Assembly (NCBI GenBank): GCA_963743885.1
Contig: CAVURJ010000001.1
Span: forward strand, 438,321-502,320
Length of the DNA stretch: 64,000 nucleotides
Origin: Candidatus Moraniibacteriota bacterium
GTDB lineage: Bacteria > Patescibacteriota > Minisyncoccia > Moranbacterales > UBA1568
Direction of reading: 5' to 3'
The position numbers and the translations under genes are program-made. Shown here piece by piece: positions 10,236-19,775 of this stretch (the first letter of the stretch is position 1; each line of letters begins with the position of its first letter). Under the pieces are notes generated by a model. It ran no database searches, had not been told where the DNA came from, and saw only the letters and a list, made by a program, of their open reading frames with translations.

Positions 10236-11012
10236 ATGAGGAACTGCGAGAAGTGCGGAGCTGCCAATGAGGCAGATGTTCGTTTTTGTGTTAATTGCGG
10301 GAATAGGCTTACGGACAATCCTGCTCCTATTGCACCGAGACCAGTTGCGCATATGGATATGCCTGCTCCGAAAGCGGTATCTCCGGCTCAGCACAAAGCA
10401 CCTGGGAACCAATATTGCGAGAAGTGTGGAGCTGCCAATGAGATGGACGTCCGTTTTTGCGTGAATTGCGGGAGCGCTATGGCATCGGTTGGAAATCCTA
10501 GTTTTTCGAATGGACAAGGGAGCATGAATAGGATGTATCAGTCGGCGCAGCCGATAGCGGATCGATATGTGTCCGATGAAGAGATGGTGCACCTTCGATC
10601 CGTACCGAACCCAGTGATGGTGATCTGGGAGAGTCTCCTGTTTCCGGAAAAAATGATCGCTATCGGGGCAATCCTGAATTGTCTGGTAGCCCTCTTCTGG
10701 GTGGCTGATGAGTACCTGTCCGTGTTTATGGCTATCCTCTACTTCGCTACCATGGCGGCCTCCCTGGTGCTGATCCATCTTTCAAGGGGGATCTCTCTGT
10801 TGAAGAAAGCCGAACTGTCTCGCTGGCAGGTTGCTATTGGCGCCTTCTGGCTATCTTGGCTGCTGAATATCGTCTTTAGGGGTACCGAGTATTATGGTGA
10901 TGTGTATGCTCTTTTCGTCTTCAATGCCATCACTTCCATCGCCATGTTTTCCGGGGCGATTATGTTGCAGGGGACGATACTGCAGCATATCTTCCAGCAG
11001 AAGAATAAATAA
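10236..11012 (+). CDS. Double zinc-ribbon membrane protein
   Basis: Two near-identical CEKCGAANE.DVRFCVNCG modules followed by about four TM helices. Confidence 0.85.
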   Translation: MRNCEKCGAANEADVRFCVNCGNRLTDNPAPIAPRPVAHMDMPAPKAVSPAQHKAPGNQYCEKCGAANEMDVRFCVNCGSAMASVGNPSFSNGQGSMNRMYQSAQPIADRYVSDEEMVHLRSVPNPVMVIWESLLFPEKMIAIGAILNCLVALFWVADEYLSVFMAILYFATMAASLVLIHLSRGISLLKKAELSRWQVAIGAFWLSWLLNIVFRGTEYYGDVYALFVFNAITSIAMFSGAIMLQGTILQHIFQQKNK

Positions 11013-11022
11013 TTTTAAAACT

Positions 11023-12315
11023 ATGTTCTGCTCGAGCTGTGGTACGGAAAATTCAGGGGGAGCGAACTTCTGCAAGAATTGCGGAGTGCCTATTAGTGGC
11101 AACCAACTCGAAGATTTTCCCCTCATAAAGGAAAATCCGCTTTTTAAAAATAAGAAAAAAAGCGCAGGTCTTTTAGTTTTAGCCGTGTTTGTTTGTGGTG
11201 GCGCTTTGTTTAGTTATGACTATTATGATAAAAATCATTCTTATGTCAGATATACCGATTCTGCGACAGATAATACACCTTCTGCAAAAGCTACAATTCC
11301 AGCATCTGATGATAACTTCACAATAGACAAAAATGGCACGCTGACAAAATACATTGGATCTGACAGAAATGTTGTTATTCCTGATGGAGTGAAAAGTATT
11401 GGCAGCAATGCGTTTATCGGAATAGTAACGAATATCGGTAGTGATGGGAAGTTTACTGTTGGAGGTGACAACATTACCAGTGTTGTCATTCCAAATAGCG
11501 TCACAAGCATCGCAAGCGAAGCATTTTCCAATGGATGCAGAGAGATCAAGGAAATAGTCATTCCAAATAGCGTCACAAGTATCGGGGATGAGGCCTTCAG
11601 TCCTTGCAGATCGCTTGTCAGACTGACTTTGCCAAAAACTATTGCAAGTGTCGGGAATAAAGTTTTTGCAAATTCATTATTAAAAGAACCGGTAATTTTA
11701 AATAATGGCAAAAGACTTGTCTATGCTCCGCATTTTGATGAATCATATGTCATACCGGACGGAGTGGAGGATATTTCCGGAGCATTTGCAACTTATGTAG
11801 TTGGCGGTGGAAATCTTTCAAACATAACGATTCCGAATAGCGTCAAGACTATCGGCGATTCTGCTTTTAGTGGCTGTTATGGACTCACAGATATATCAAT
11901 ACCAAATTCAGTCAAGACTATCGGCGCTAGCGTTTTTTATGATACGCATATCACCAATTTGGTTTTTCCGGATAGTATCATTAGTTTGGGAAAAAATGTA
12001 TTGGGATGTGAAATCTCCGGCGGCGGCAGTGATATCACAGGCTTGACGATTCCAGGAAGCATCAAAAATATCGAAGAATCAACATTTAGCAATTGTTCGA
12101 ATCTCAAACGAGTAATCATATCTGACGGAGTGAAAAGTATCGGAGAGAGTGCTTTTTTTATGGGAGGCCTCACTAGTATTACAATTCCAAAAAGCGTAAC
12201 TGATATTCATTATAATGCGTTTGGAAAAAACAAAAAACTTGAAATAAGCGGTTATAAAAATTCCTATGCCGAAGAATTTGCTAAGACTTATGGGCATCCC
12301 TTTAGCGCTTTATAA
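11023..12315 (+). CDS. Zinc-ribbon + TM + BspA-type leucine-rich repeat surface protein
   Basis: MFCSSCG...FCKNCG; repeated IPxSVxxIGxxAF units. Confidence 0.9.
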   Translation: MFCSSCGTENSGGANFCKNCGVPISGNQLEDFPLIKENPLFKNKKKSAGLLVLAVFVCGGALFSYDYYDKNHSYVRYTDSATDNTPSAKATIPASDDNFTIDKNGTLTKYIGSDRNVVIPDGVKSIGSNAFIGIVTNIGSDGKFTVGGDNITSVVIPNSVTSIASEAFSNGCREIKEIVIPNSVTSIGDEAFSPCRSLVRLTLPKTIASVGNKVFANSLLKEPVILNNGKRLVYAPHFDESYVIPDGVEDISGAFATYVVGGGNLSNITIPNSVKTIGDSAFSGCYGLTDISIPNSVKTIGASVFYDTHITNLVFPDSIISLGKNVLGCEISGGGSDITGLTIPGSIKNIEESTFSNCSNLKRVIISDGVKSIGESAFFMGGLTSITIPKSVTDIHYNAFGKNKKLEISGYKNSYAEEFAKTYGHPFSAL

Positions 12316-12343
12316 GTAAATTTTATAAATATTAATAAAAATT

Positions 12344-14848
12344 ATGTATTGTAAAAATTGTGGCGCTCAAAATTCAGATTCTGCGAAGTTTTGCAAGAGT
12401 TGCGGAGAAAATCTTTTTCAGGTTCGAAATAAAGTTCCTCAAGTAAAACAAAAAAAAATAGTTCCGCAAGAAGTAAAAAAATGGAATTGGGGCGCATTTA
12501 TTTTTGGATGGATATGGTGCGTAGGTCATAAGCAATGGTTGTTGGCTATTGCAAGTTTGTTTCTTACGGCAGTTATTTTTGTCGCGTCTTTTTTTATTGG
12601 CAATATAATTCGTTCTGTTGTTTTTTTTATTCCTGCTACTAAAGACAACTTGATTATTAGTGGCATATTTAGCTTTTTGATTCCGCTCCTTATATTTATT
12701 TCTGCCTTTATTGCTAAAGCTGTTTTTTGGGGAAAAAGAGGTAATGAGTGGGCTTGGATGAAAGGAAAATATGAAACTCCTCAGCAACTTTTTGCAAAAG
12801 AGAGGAAATGGAGAAATTGGGCGATTGGATTGCCTGTTTTCTCCATGCTATTTGTCGCGTTGACTACTGGTGGATTGCATTGGTTTGCTTTGTATCAAGA
12901 AAGTCATTATACACCTGTTGAGGCTTCTTTTGTTAAGATTTATGACGGCTTTGGAATTGGAGCGGATGGGGGTTCCCTTTGGGCGTGGGGAAATAACGAT
13001 AATGGAGAGCTTGGCGATGGCACAACAACAAACAGAAAGACGCCCAAGCAAATCATAACAAGTGGTGTAAAAGAAGTGGTAAAAACATGTAATTCTGGCT
13101 GTAGCGTCTTTGTAATAAAAACGGATGGTAGTCTTTGGGGTTGGGGGGATAATAGTGGTAGTTTGTTGGGTGATGGATCATCAGGTGATAAGAATAATTC
13201 ATTGATACCTAAGCAAATAATTTCAAGCGGGATAAAGCAAGTAGAGGTTTATTCAACTTATTATGGTTATCCTGGTGGGTGGGCATTTGTTGTGAAAACG
13301 GATGGCAGTCTTTGGGGTTGGGGGGATAATTCCAATGGAGAGCTTGGCGACGGAACCACAATAGCGCACATTTATACGCCTAAGCAAATAATAGCCGAGG
13401 ACGTATCAGTAGTTAAAATAAGTGGTGACAATACCTTTATTCTGAAAACAGACGGTTCTCTTTGGGGTTGGGGAAAAAATTATGGCTTGCTCGGCGATGG
13501 GAGTAAAAAAATAGTTTATACCCCTAAGAAAATAATTGATAGTGGAGTAAAAAAAATAGTTTCGGGTGATAAAGATATTTTTGTCATAAAAACAGACGGT
13601 TCTCTTTGGGGATGGGGAGAAAATAAATATGGCCAGCTTGGCAAAGTTTCAGATACTTCCAAGCCAACGCAAATAATTGCTAGTGGGGTAAAAGAGGCGG
13701 TTAGCAATTATGGCACTGTCTTTGTCATAAAAACAGACGGTTCGCTTTGGGGGTGGGGCTGCAACAGTTCGGGTCAACTTGGCGATGGAGCCAAGGTGGA
13801 CATCTCTACTCCAAAACAAATAATTGAAACCGGCGTGGCGGATATTGCATTAAATTATAGCAGTACCTTTGCTATAAAAACAGATAGCAGTCTCTGGGGG
13901 TGGGGAGGAAACGCCTATATTGGACTTGGTATTGGTGATGGAACTATGCAGGAAAGTTTCATACCGATACAAATAATTTCAAATGGGGTGATTGATATAA
14001 ATACAAGTAACGGATCTGTGTTTGCTCTGAAAAAAGATGGCTCTCTTTGGTCGTGGGGGTATAATGGTAGCGGATCATCTTGGTTGTACTGGCCTTGGGG
14101 AGGTGGTGGTCATCTTGGCGATGGAACAGCAATAAACAGAAATACTCCAAAGCAAATAACCACGGGTAGCGGTTTGAATCTCTCATTGGCGGCATCATTG
14201 GAACAATCGGCAGCAACACCCGTAAAAGAAATACCTGCGGATGATTTTGTTTGTGGAACGTCGCAAGTCAAGGACGCTGATGATAACGGATATAAGACCA
14301 TTAAAGTGGGGAGCCAATGCTGGATGGCATCTAATATGAAAGTCGGAAAGAAGATCAATGGCACGAAAGATCAGGCTAACAATGGAAAGATTGAAAGGTG
14401 GTGTTATGATGATAAAAGCGATAATTGTAAGAATGATGGCGGACTTTATTCTTGGGATGAAGCGATGCAATATTCCGCTCAGGCTCAGGGAATCTGTCCG
14501 ACCGGATGGCACATCCCTACTAATACCGATTGGTATGCACTGGAAAATTATTTGAAAGATCCCGGAAAGACCTGTGATGCTTCTCGAAGTAGCGCCGACT
14601 GTGCCGGTGCTGGAACAAAACTTATGAGTGACGGATCATCTAGAATGGATTTCCCCCTAGCTGGAGGCCGAGTTTATGTCAATGGATCGTTCTTTGGTCG
14701 GGGCACAGATGCATCTTTATGGTCTTCTACCGCCGAGGCCTCCACGTCGAATGCGTGGGGCAGATTCTTGGATTCTGGTAAATCCACGGTCAATAGTGGG
14801 ACGAGTATCAAGGCAAATGGCAATTCAGTACGATGCGTAAAAAACTAG
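12344..14848 (+). CDS. Zinc-ribbon + TM + RCC1-like repeats + C-terminal Fib_succ_major-like domain
   Basis: WNWGAF TM block; about seven KTDGSLWGWG repeats; QCWMASN, GGLYSW, ICPTGWHIP, WSST, SVRCVKN. Confidence 0.9.
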   Translation: MYCKNCGAQNSDSAKFCKSCGENLFQVRNKVPQVKQKKIVPQEVKKWNWGAFIFGWIWCVGHKQWLLAIASLFLTAVIFVASFFIGNIIRSVVFFIPATKDNLIISGIFSFLIPLLIFISAFIAKAVFWGKRGNEWAWMKGKYETPQQLFAKERKWRNWAIGLPVFSMLFVALTTGGLHWFALYQESHYTPVEASFVKIYDGFGIGADGGSLWAWGNNDNGELGDGTTTNRKTPKQIITSGVKEVVKTCNSGCSVFVIKTDGSLWGWGDNSGSLLGDGSSGDKNNSLIPKQIISSGIKQVEVYSTYYGYPGGWAFVVKTDGSLWGWGDNSNGELGDGTTIAHIYTPKQIIAEDVSVVKISGDNTFILKTDGSLWGWGKNYGLLGDGSKKIVYTPKKIIDSGVKKIVSGDKDIFVIKTDGSLWGWGENKYGQLGKVSDTSKPTQIIASGVKEAVSNYGTVFVIKTDGSLWGWGCNSSGQLGDGAKVDISTPKQIIETGVADIALNYSSTFAIKTDSSLWGWGGNAYIGLGIGDGTMQESFIPIQIISNGVIDINTSNGSVFALKKDGSLWSWGYNGSGSSWLYWPWGGGGHLGDGTAINRNTPKQITTGSGLNLSLAASLEQSAATPVKEIPADDFVCGTSQVKDADDNGYKTIKVGSQCWMASNMKVGKKINGTKDQANNGKIERWCYDDKSDNCKNDGGLYSWDEAMQYSAQAQGICPTGWHIPTNTDWYALENYLKDPGKTCDASRSSADCAGAGTKLMSDGSSRMDFPLAGGRVYVNGSFFGRGTDASLWSSTAEASTSNAWGRFLDSGKSTVNSGTSIKANGNSVRCVKN

Positions 14849-14851
14849 CAT

Positions 14852-15040
14852 ATGTTTTGTAAGAATTGCGGCATAGAAAACATGGAGGTAGCTAGGTTTT
14901 GCAAGAATTGTGGGACCGTTTTGAATGACATTGGATCAACCAAATGTGTAGCAAAGCCATCGGATCAAACCTTGGGATGGAGTGGATGGATAGGCCTGAT
15001 CCTTTTTCTCGCAGTATTTATATTGCGGTTTATTATGTAA
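14852..15040 (+). CDS. Minimal zinc-ribbon + single TM protein
   Basis: MFCKNCG...FCKNCG then C-terminal TM helix. Confidence 0.75.
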   Translation: MFCKNCGIENMEVARFCKNCGTVLNDIGSTKCVAKPSDQTLGWSGWIGLILFLAVFILRFIM

Positions 15041-15106
15041 TCGGTGATGACTTTGTCTATATTGGTTCGAAAATCAAGGTTGATGAATAAATTTAATTAG
15101 AAGCCT

Positions 15107-15850
15107 ATGCTCTGTCAAAATTGCGGAAGCGAAAACTCAAACGAAGCAAAGTTCTGCAAGAATTGCGGCAAGGTTTTGACGGGAAAAAAAAGCCTGTCGG
15201 ATAGAGCTTCTGAATTCATCAAAACTCCCACGGGGAAATTTACGGTAGGGATATTGGTTGTCTTTGTAGTTGGCGGAGTAGTTGCAAGAGGGTTATCCAA
15301 GAGCAAACAGATCGAAACTTCGGCAATTAGCGCCTCTGCCCAGCAAGAGCAACAAATTACGGATCCTCTGAGTGAAATTGTCGCTAACCCTTCTGATGAT
15401 AATGCACTGGCTGAACAAAAAAATAATAAAACAAAAAAATCTAAAAGTGATTCAAAAAATCCCGATATATACATAGATCCTGGCACGGGGGAGAAGGTAG
15501 TTACAATACCTGGGAAAACACCGGAGAACACTAATGGGCACAATATAACGATGCTTGGATTCGCTCATTTAGTGAATGATTATGGCATGACATTCGAACA
15601 AGTGAAGAAACTCCAATCGGAGTTTGAGGACTATTCTTCAAAAAAAGATGCTTCATTCCATGAACTTAGCCTAACTTTAAAAGAAATAAGAACAACTGTA
15701 GATTCATCCAATGGTACTGCAGAGTTGAGTATACCAATAGTACTTGATCGTAAAGAAAAAGAAATTGCAAAAGTTTCTTATTTTGGTATAGATAATCCAA
15801 CGCTTACTATTTATAATTCTGACGATGTTCAGGTGTATAGTTCTAAATAA
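15107..15850 (+). CDS. Zinc-ribbon + TM + unknown ectodomain
   Basis: MLCQNCGSENSNEAKFCKNCG; one TM helix. Confidence 0.85.
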   Translation: MLCQNCGSENSNEAKFCKNCGKVLTGKKSLSDRASEFIKTPTGKFTVGILVVFVVGGVVARGLSKSKQIETSAISASAQQEQQITDPLSEIVANPSDDNALAEQKNNKTKKSKSDSKNPDIYIDPGTGEKVVTIPGKTPENTNGHNITMLGFAHLVNDYGMTFEQVKKLQSEFEDYSSKKDASFHELSLTLKEIRTTVDSSNGTAELSIPIVLDRKEKEIAKVSYFGIDNPTLTIYNSDDVQVYSSK

Positions 15851-15894
15851 TTTAAGATGCTATTAGTAAGTTGGTGGTGTTTAATCTGAGGCCT

Positions 15895-16827
15895 ATGCTC
15901 TGTCAAAATTGCGGAAGCGAAAACTCGAATGAGGCCAAGTTCTGCAAGAATTGCGGAAATCAATTTGGTAATGAGCAATTAAAAAATATCACACAGAAAA
16001 CAAGCGTGTTTTTTAAGAACGATAAAAAAATCGTTATTTGGATATTGGTTATTGTTGGCTTGTTTTTGGCTGCTGGAATCAGTTGGGGTATGTTCTTAAC
16101 ATCTCGTTCTAATTCAAATAATTCAATTGTCACAAATTTATTTGATTCACAAAAAGATACAAACACTGAAACCTTTTTTGAAAAAGCCTCTGAACTAACA
16201 AATTTGTTTAGTACCTGCGCAACAATGACATCAGGTCAAAGCTGTACTTTTGGTGGTCTCACTTATGGTGCAGTCAAGGCGGAAGACGGGAGAATATGGT
16301 TGGACAGAAATCTTGGTGCAACACGAGTGGCCAAAAAATCTGAAGATAAAGAGGCGTATGGTTGGTATTTTCAATGGGGGCGTGCTGCTGATGGTCATCA
16401 GATTCCAACAAGCGGAGCCACGGATAAGCTTAGCACAACCGATACCCCGAATCACGACAAGTTTATTGAGAGTGGCTATCCTTATAATTGGCGCAGTACG
16501 GAGAATGATAATCTTTGGCAAGAAGTAGGTGGGATTAATAATCCATGCCCTGGAGGATGGCGGGTACCAACAGCAAGCGAATGTAAAAAATTATTTTCCT
16601 CTGCTAATATTACCAACTCTTCAACAGCCTTCAGCTCATCATTGAAATTACCTTGGGCTGGATTCCGTGTATTTGCTGATATGTTTTATTATAGTTTTGG
16701 CGGATTCTGGTCTAGTAATTTTTCTGGTGACCAGGCTTACGTTGCGGGCTTTGATTTATCCAAGGCAGCTTATGATAGCCGCCAATGGCCCGTCAGAGGG
16801 TGGCCAGTTCGTTGTATTAAGGACTAA
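15895..16827 (+). CDS. Zinc-ribbon + TM + Fib_succ_major-like domain
   Basis: Same first 21 aa as the preceding gene; WLDRNLGA, YFQWGR, NPCPGGWRVPT, PVRCIKD. Confidence 0.88.
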   Translation: MLCQNCGSENSNEAKFCKNCGNQFGNEQLKNITQKTSVFFKNDKKIVIWILVIVGLFLAAGISWGMFLTSRSNSNNSIVTNLFDSQKDTNTETFFEKASELTNLFSTCATMTSGQSCTFGGLTYGAVKAEDGRIWLDRNLGATRVAKKSEDKEAYGWYFQWGRAADGHQIPTSGATDKLSTTDTPNHDKFIESGYPYNWRSTENDNLWQEVGGINNPCPGGWRVPTASECKKLFSSANITNSSTAFSSSLKLPWAGFRVFADMFYYSFGGFWSSNFSGDQAYVAGFDLSKAAYDSRQWPVRGWPVRCIKD

Positions 16828-16876
16828 CCGCAAAAGATTTATCTGCCGCAAGGTAGATTTCGATTCTATATTGTTT
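16819..16876. repeat. 58-bp direct repeat, copy 2, overlapping the stop codon of the last array gene
   Basis: Differs from 10095-10152 only in the hairpin loop (GCAA vs GTAA). Confidence 0.95.
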
Positions 16877-17058
16877 ACCCAGTGAAATTACTCATTTGAT
16901 GAGTACTCGTGTAACGAGATTTCACAGGGTTCAGAAAGCACTCCGAATGGAGTGTTTTTTGTTTGACCACGTCGTTCGCGAACGACGATGGTTGACTTCC
17001 GGGCTATTTCCCGCTAGACTCTGGGCGCGAGATTCGTTCGTTCCAAAAGGAGGCAACA

Positions 17059-17478
17059 ATGAGCGATAAGGTGAAGTTTTCCGATCTTCCGTTTCCTGGC
17101 ATACCGAAAGGCGATCCGTGCCATTTCCGGCTCGAGGTCACGGGCAAGGATGGACAGCGGCTCGTCCATGATTTCCTCATCAATCCGGCGGATGGCTGCG
17201 TTTGGGGTGAGGCCAAGGAACTCGGTCGTGGGCTCCAGGGGCTTCTCAAGGGCATCAAGTGGGGAGATGATCCCAAAACGGTCTTTAATCGGGATGTCAT
17301 TTATGCGCTGACTTCGATGGAGAAAGCCCTTAGCCGCGACTCCAGCATGGTGGTCAGGGATCGGGCTCGGGGGTTGGGCGCGACGTTCACTTCCATCAAG
17401 GTGTCTGGTTCCCGCGATTGTGGGCGGCTCATGAAGGCGCTCAAGGGCGTCTCGAAGGAGCTTTTGCGCCGCAAGTGA
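17059..17478 (+). CDS. Hypothetical protein
   Basis: AGGAGG RBS; 139 aa; downstream hairpin and T-tract. Confidence 0.65.
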   Translation: MSDKVKFSDLPFPGIPKGDPCHFRLEVTGKDGQRLVHDFLINPADGCVWGEAKELGRGLQGLLKGIKWGDDPKTVFNRDVIYALTSMEKALSRDSSMVVRDRARGLGATFTSIKVSGSRDCGRLMKALKGVSKELLRRK

Positions 17479-17603
17479 AGAGACGATGAACATCGACAAG
17501 TCGGTCCGTTTCCTGAATGGGGAGCGGACCTTTTTCTTTCCAAAGAAAAAGCCGCCCGGTTCCTAGTGGAAGGGGCGGCGTGCTCCGCGTTGCGGAGGCT
17601 TGA

Positions 17604-18047
17604 CTACTTGGAGGCGTCGTACCGGTTGATTGGCACGTCCTGGCCGGTATCGGAGCTGAAGAGGATGATCGGACCGCTGAATGTGGCCGTCGAGGCGTAG
17701 TCACCGTTGTGGTTAGTGATCTTGTCGTCACTCCATCCGAACGTGAGGTTCGAGGCCTCATTCTTCATCTCGACCCACGGGTTGAGTTTGGTGCGGCGCG
17801 TGCCATCGGTACTGGTTTCTTCTGAACACAGATGTCCTTGCTTGGAGCATCGCTCCCAGAAGTCGAGCTTCACGCCTCCAATCTGCTGTTCGTAGAGCTT
17901 CAGCTGTTCCGCTCGTTCTGTTTTGCGGTGTTCGCGGAGCATCTTGCCGACGTCGATGCCGTTGGAGAACATGATGATGGTCACAAGACTGATACCGATG
18001 ATGAACACCGAAAGGATGACCCAAGCGGTTTGTTTGAATGCATGCAT
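17604..18047 (-). CDS. Hypothetical protein with N-terminal TM anchor
   Basis: GGAGG RBS; own consensus promoter; terminator shared with the neighbouring cassette. Confidence 0.7.
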   Translation of the reverse strand: MHAFKQTAWVILSVFIIGISLVTIIMFSNGIDVGKMLREHRKTERAEQLKLYEQQIGGVKLDFWERCSKQGHLCSEETSTDGTRRTKLNPWVEMKNEASNLTFGWSDDKITNHNGDYASTATFSGPIILFSSDTGQDVPINRYDASK

Positions 18048-18107
18048 GGCGAACCTCCAAATGGAAAAGGACTGCGGATAAAAACCTATTTACAACCATA
18101 ACCGTAC

Positions 18108-18136
18108 ATTATACACCTTTTTTAGTGTTCTGTCAA
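18108..18136 (-). promoter_or_regulatory. Sigma70 promoter, TTGACA-17-TATAAT
   Basis: Perfect consensus on the minus strand. Confidence 0.85.
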
Positions 18137-18244
18137 TCATGAAAAAGAGCTTAGGAAAAAGAAAAGCCGCCCGGTTCCTAGTGGATGGGCGGCGTGCTCC
18201 GTGTTGCGGAGTCAGACGCGATGGAGTCTGTCGGTGGACGTCAT

Positions 18245-18517
18245 TCAGATCATGAAAGATCGGTATCTTGAGGGGCGGGGCAGTTTGCGAGCTCTTGGCA
18301 CCGGGACGACGACCTGTGGAATCCTCGGATCCAGAGCTGTTCTCGCGAGTTCCCGCTCGTACCGTTTGAGTGCGACATAGTTCGCGGATGACTCGATGAT
18401 ATCGAGGCCGGCGGCTGTAGCGACGATGAAGATCGCGATGATGGTGAGACCGATCGGGGCGAACAGCTTTCCGGAGGATTTCCAGAGGATCCGTATGATG
18501 ACGTGGGGGCGTAACAT
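18245..18517 (-). CDS. Hypothetical membrane protein
   Basis: GGGAGG RBS; one TM; TTGACA-17-TATACA upstream. Confidence 0.6.
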   Translation of the reverse strand: MLRPHVIIRILWKSSGKLFAPIGLTIIAIFIVATAAGLDIIESSANYVALKRYERELARTALDPRIPQVVVPVPRARKLPRPSRYRSFMI

Positions 18518-18667
18518 GGTATGATCCCTCCCTTTGAAAAGGACTGCAGCAAGCTTTCTGCTTTTGTATACTCCCTTGCTGGCCGGCTGTCAAATGCGCT
18601 CCAGATTGACTGATGGCCATATTCCTGCGATACTCTATGGAAGTTCTTTTCTATAAGGAGTGGCGCC

Positions 18668-19243
18668 ATGGTACGCATGATTGCAGCAGCAGGGCTGTTT
18701 ATGTTCGTCGGTCTGCTCGGGTATCTGCTGAAGAGAAGGTTCGATCAGCCGTTTGAGATTGAACGCAAGTTCCTGGTCAAGGATTTTTCGTTCACGATGA
18801 TTCCGGACGATGCGATGTCGGATGTGAGGGTGGCGGATATCTTTCAGGACTATCTTGTTTCGAAACCTGGTGTGACGCGCCGGGTACGCCAGTCGACGAC
18901 TGATGGCGAGACGACCTATACGTACACTGAGAAGCGGCCGACCTGGAGGAGGGGAACCTGCTACGAGAAGGAGCGGGAGATCTCTGAAACGGAATACCGC
19001 GCGCTGCTCGTCGAACGTGATCCGACCACGCGGACAATCCACAAGATGCGGTATACGTTCTGGTATCGCGGGCACTGGCTGGAGCTCGATGTCTTCGCAA
19101 GCCTGTCGGACTATCCGGATCTCGTGATGCTCGAAGCCGAGCTCAAGAACATCGATGAGCCGCTCGAGCTACCGCCGTGGCTCCATCTTGAAGAAGTCAC
19201 TGACGATCCGCGCTACAAGAATCGCGCGCTCGCCGCGCTGTAA
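18668..19243 (+). CDS. CYTH-domain protein
   Basis: EIERKFLV, ExE motifs, KMRY, ELDVF, EVTDDPRYKNRALA. Confidence 0.9.
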   Translation: MVRMIAAAGLFMFVGLLGYLLKRRFDQPFEIERKFLVKDFSFTMIPDDAMSDVRVADIFQDYLVSKPGVTRRVRQSTTDGETTYTYTEKRPTWRRGTCYEKEREISETEYRALLVERDPTTRTIHKMRYTFWYRGHWLELDVFASLSDYPDLVMLEAELKNIDEPLELPPWLHLEEVTDDPRYKNRALAAL

Positions 19244-19361
19244 AAACGACGCCGGTATCATGGAAACATGGGCCGGCTTTTTCTTTTTTTGAAAAATAGG
19301 CAAATAAAAACCGCCCTTCGATGAACTCGGGGCGGCCGACACACTGATGATTCGATGATTC

Positions 19362-19604
19362 TCAGGTATCGTAGTTGATGGAACGGCCCAGTTCTTCCTC
19401 GCGATCGTAATACCAGATAGCGCGTTGGATAGATGAGCCGTCGCTTGGCCTTGTCTGCTGTCCGCCCCCGTCAGAAACGACGGGTAGGGTTCCGCCGGAT
19501 GTTTCCGTGGCGGGTTCGCTTGGTGGCGGGGAATTCCCTCGAGCTGTTGCCAGTACGAGGAGTACCCCCGCGATGGCGGCAGTGACAGTGGGCGCGTGTT
19601 TCAA
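19362..19604 (-). CDS. Small exported hypothetical protein (TTG start)
   Basis: AAAGGAGG RBS; signal-like N-terminus. Confidence 0.55.
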   Translation of the reverse strand: MKHAPTVTAAIAGVLLVLATARGNSPPPSEPATETSGGTLPVVSDGGGQQTRPSDGSSIQRAIWYYDREEELGRSINYDT

Positions 19605-19656
19605 ATGAAGCCTCCTTTCTTGCTGGTTGTGAAAAAGCCCATTTGAAAACCATTCT

Positions 19657-19685
19657 ATTATACACCTTTTCATATGTTTTGTCAA
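19657..19685 (-). promoter_or_regulatory. Sigma70 promoter, TTGACA-17-TATAAT
   Basis: Perfect consensus; flanking sequence resembles 18108-18136. Confidence 0.85.
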
Positions 19686-19775
19686 TCGTCGATATATGGC
19701 TTTCTTGAGGTGAAAAATCACATCTTGAAGTGATGGTCGGCGCCAATCCGGCCGGATATGAGGTATAATAATCGT

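Noticed and set aside
12960-14160. DNA tandem repeats
   Set aside because: Explained by protein-level RCC1-like repeats
12344-16876. Complete diversity-generating retroelement
   Set aside because: No reverse transcriptase, Avd or adenine-variant template repeat in the window; the two lectin-like 3' ends do not align at the DNA level
1-16900. Prophage
   Set aside because: No structural, terminase or integrase genes in the window; treated as an accessory island with its left boundary outside the window
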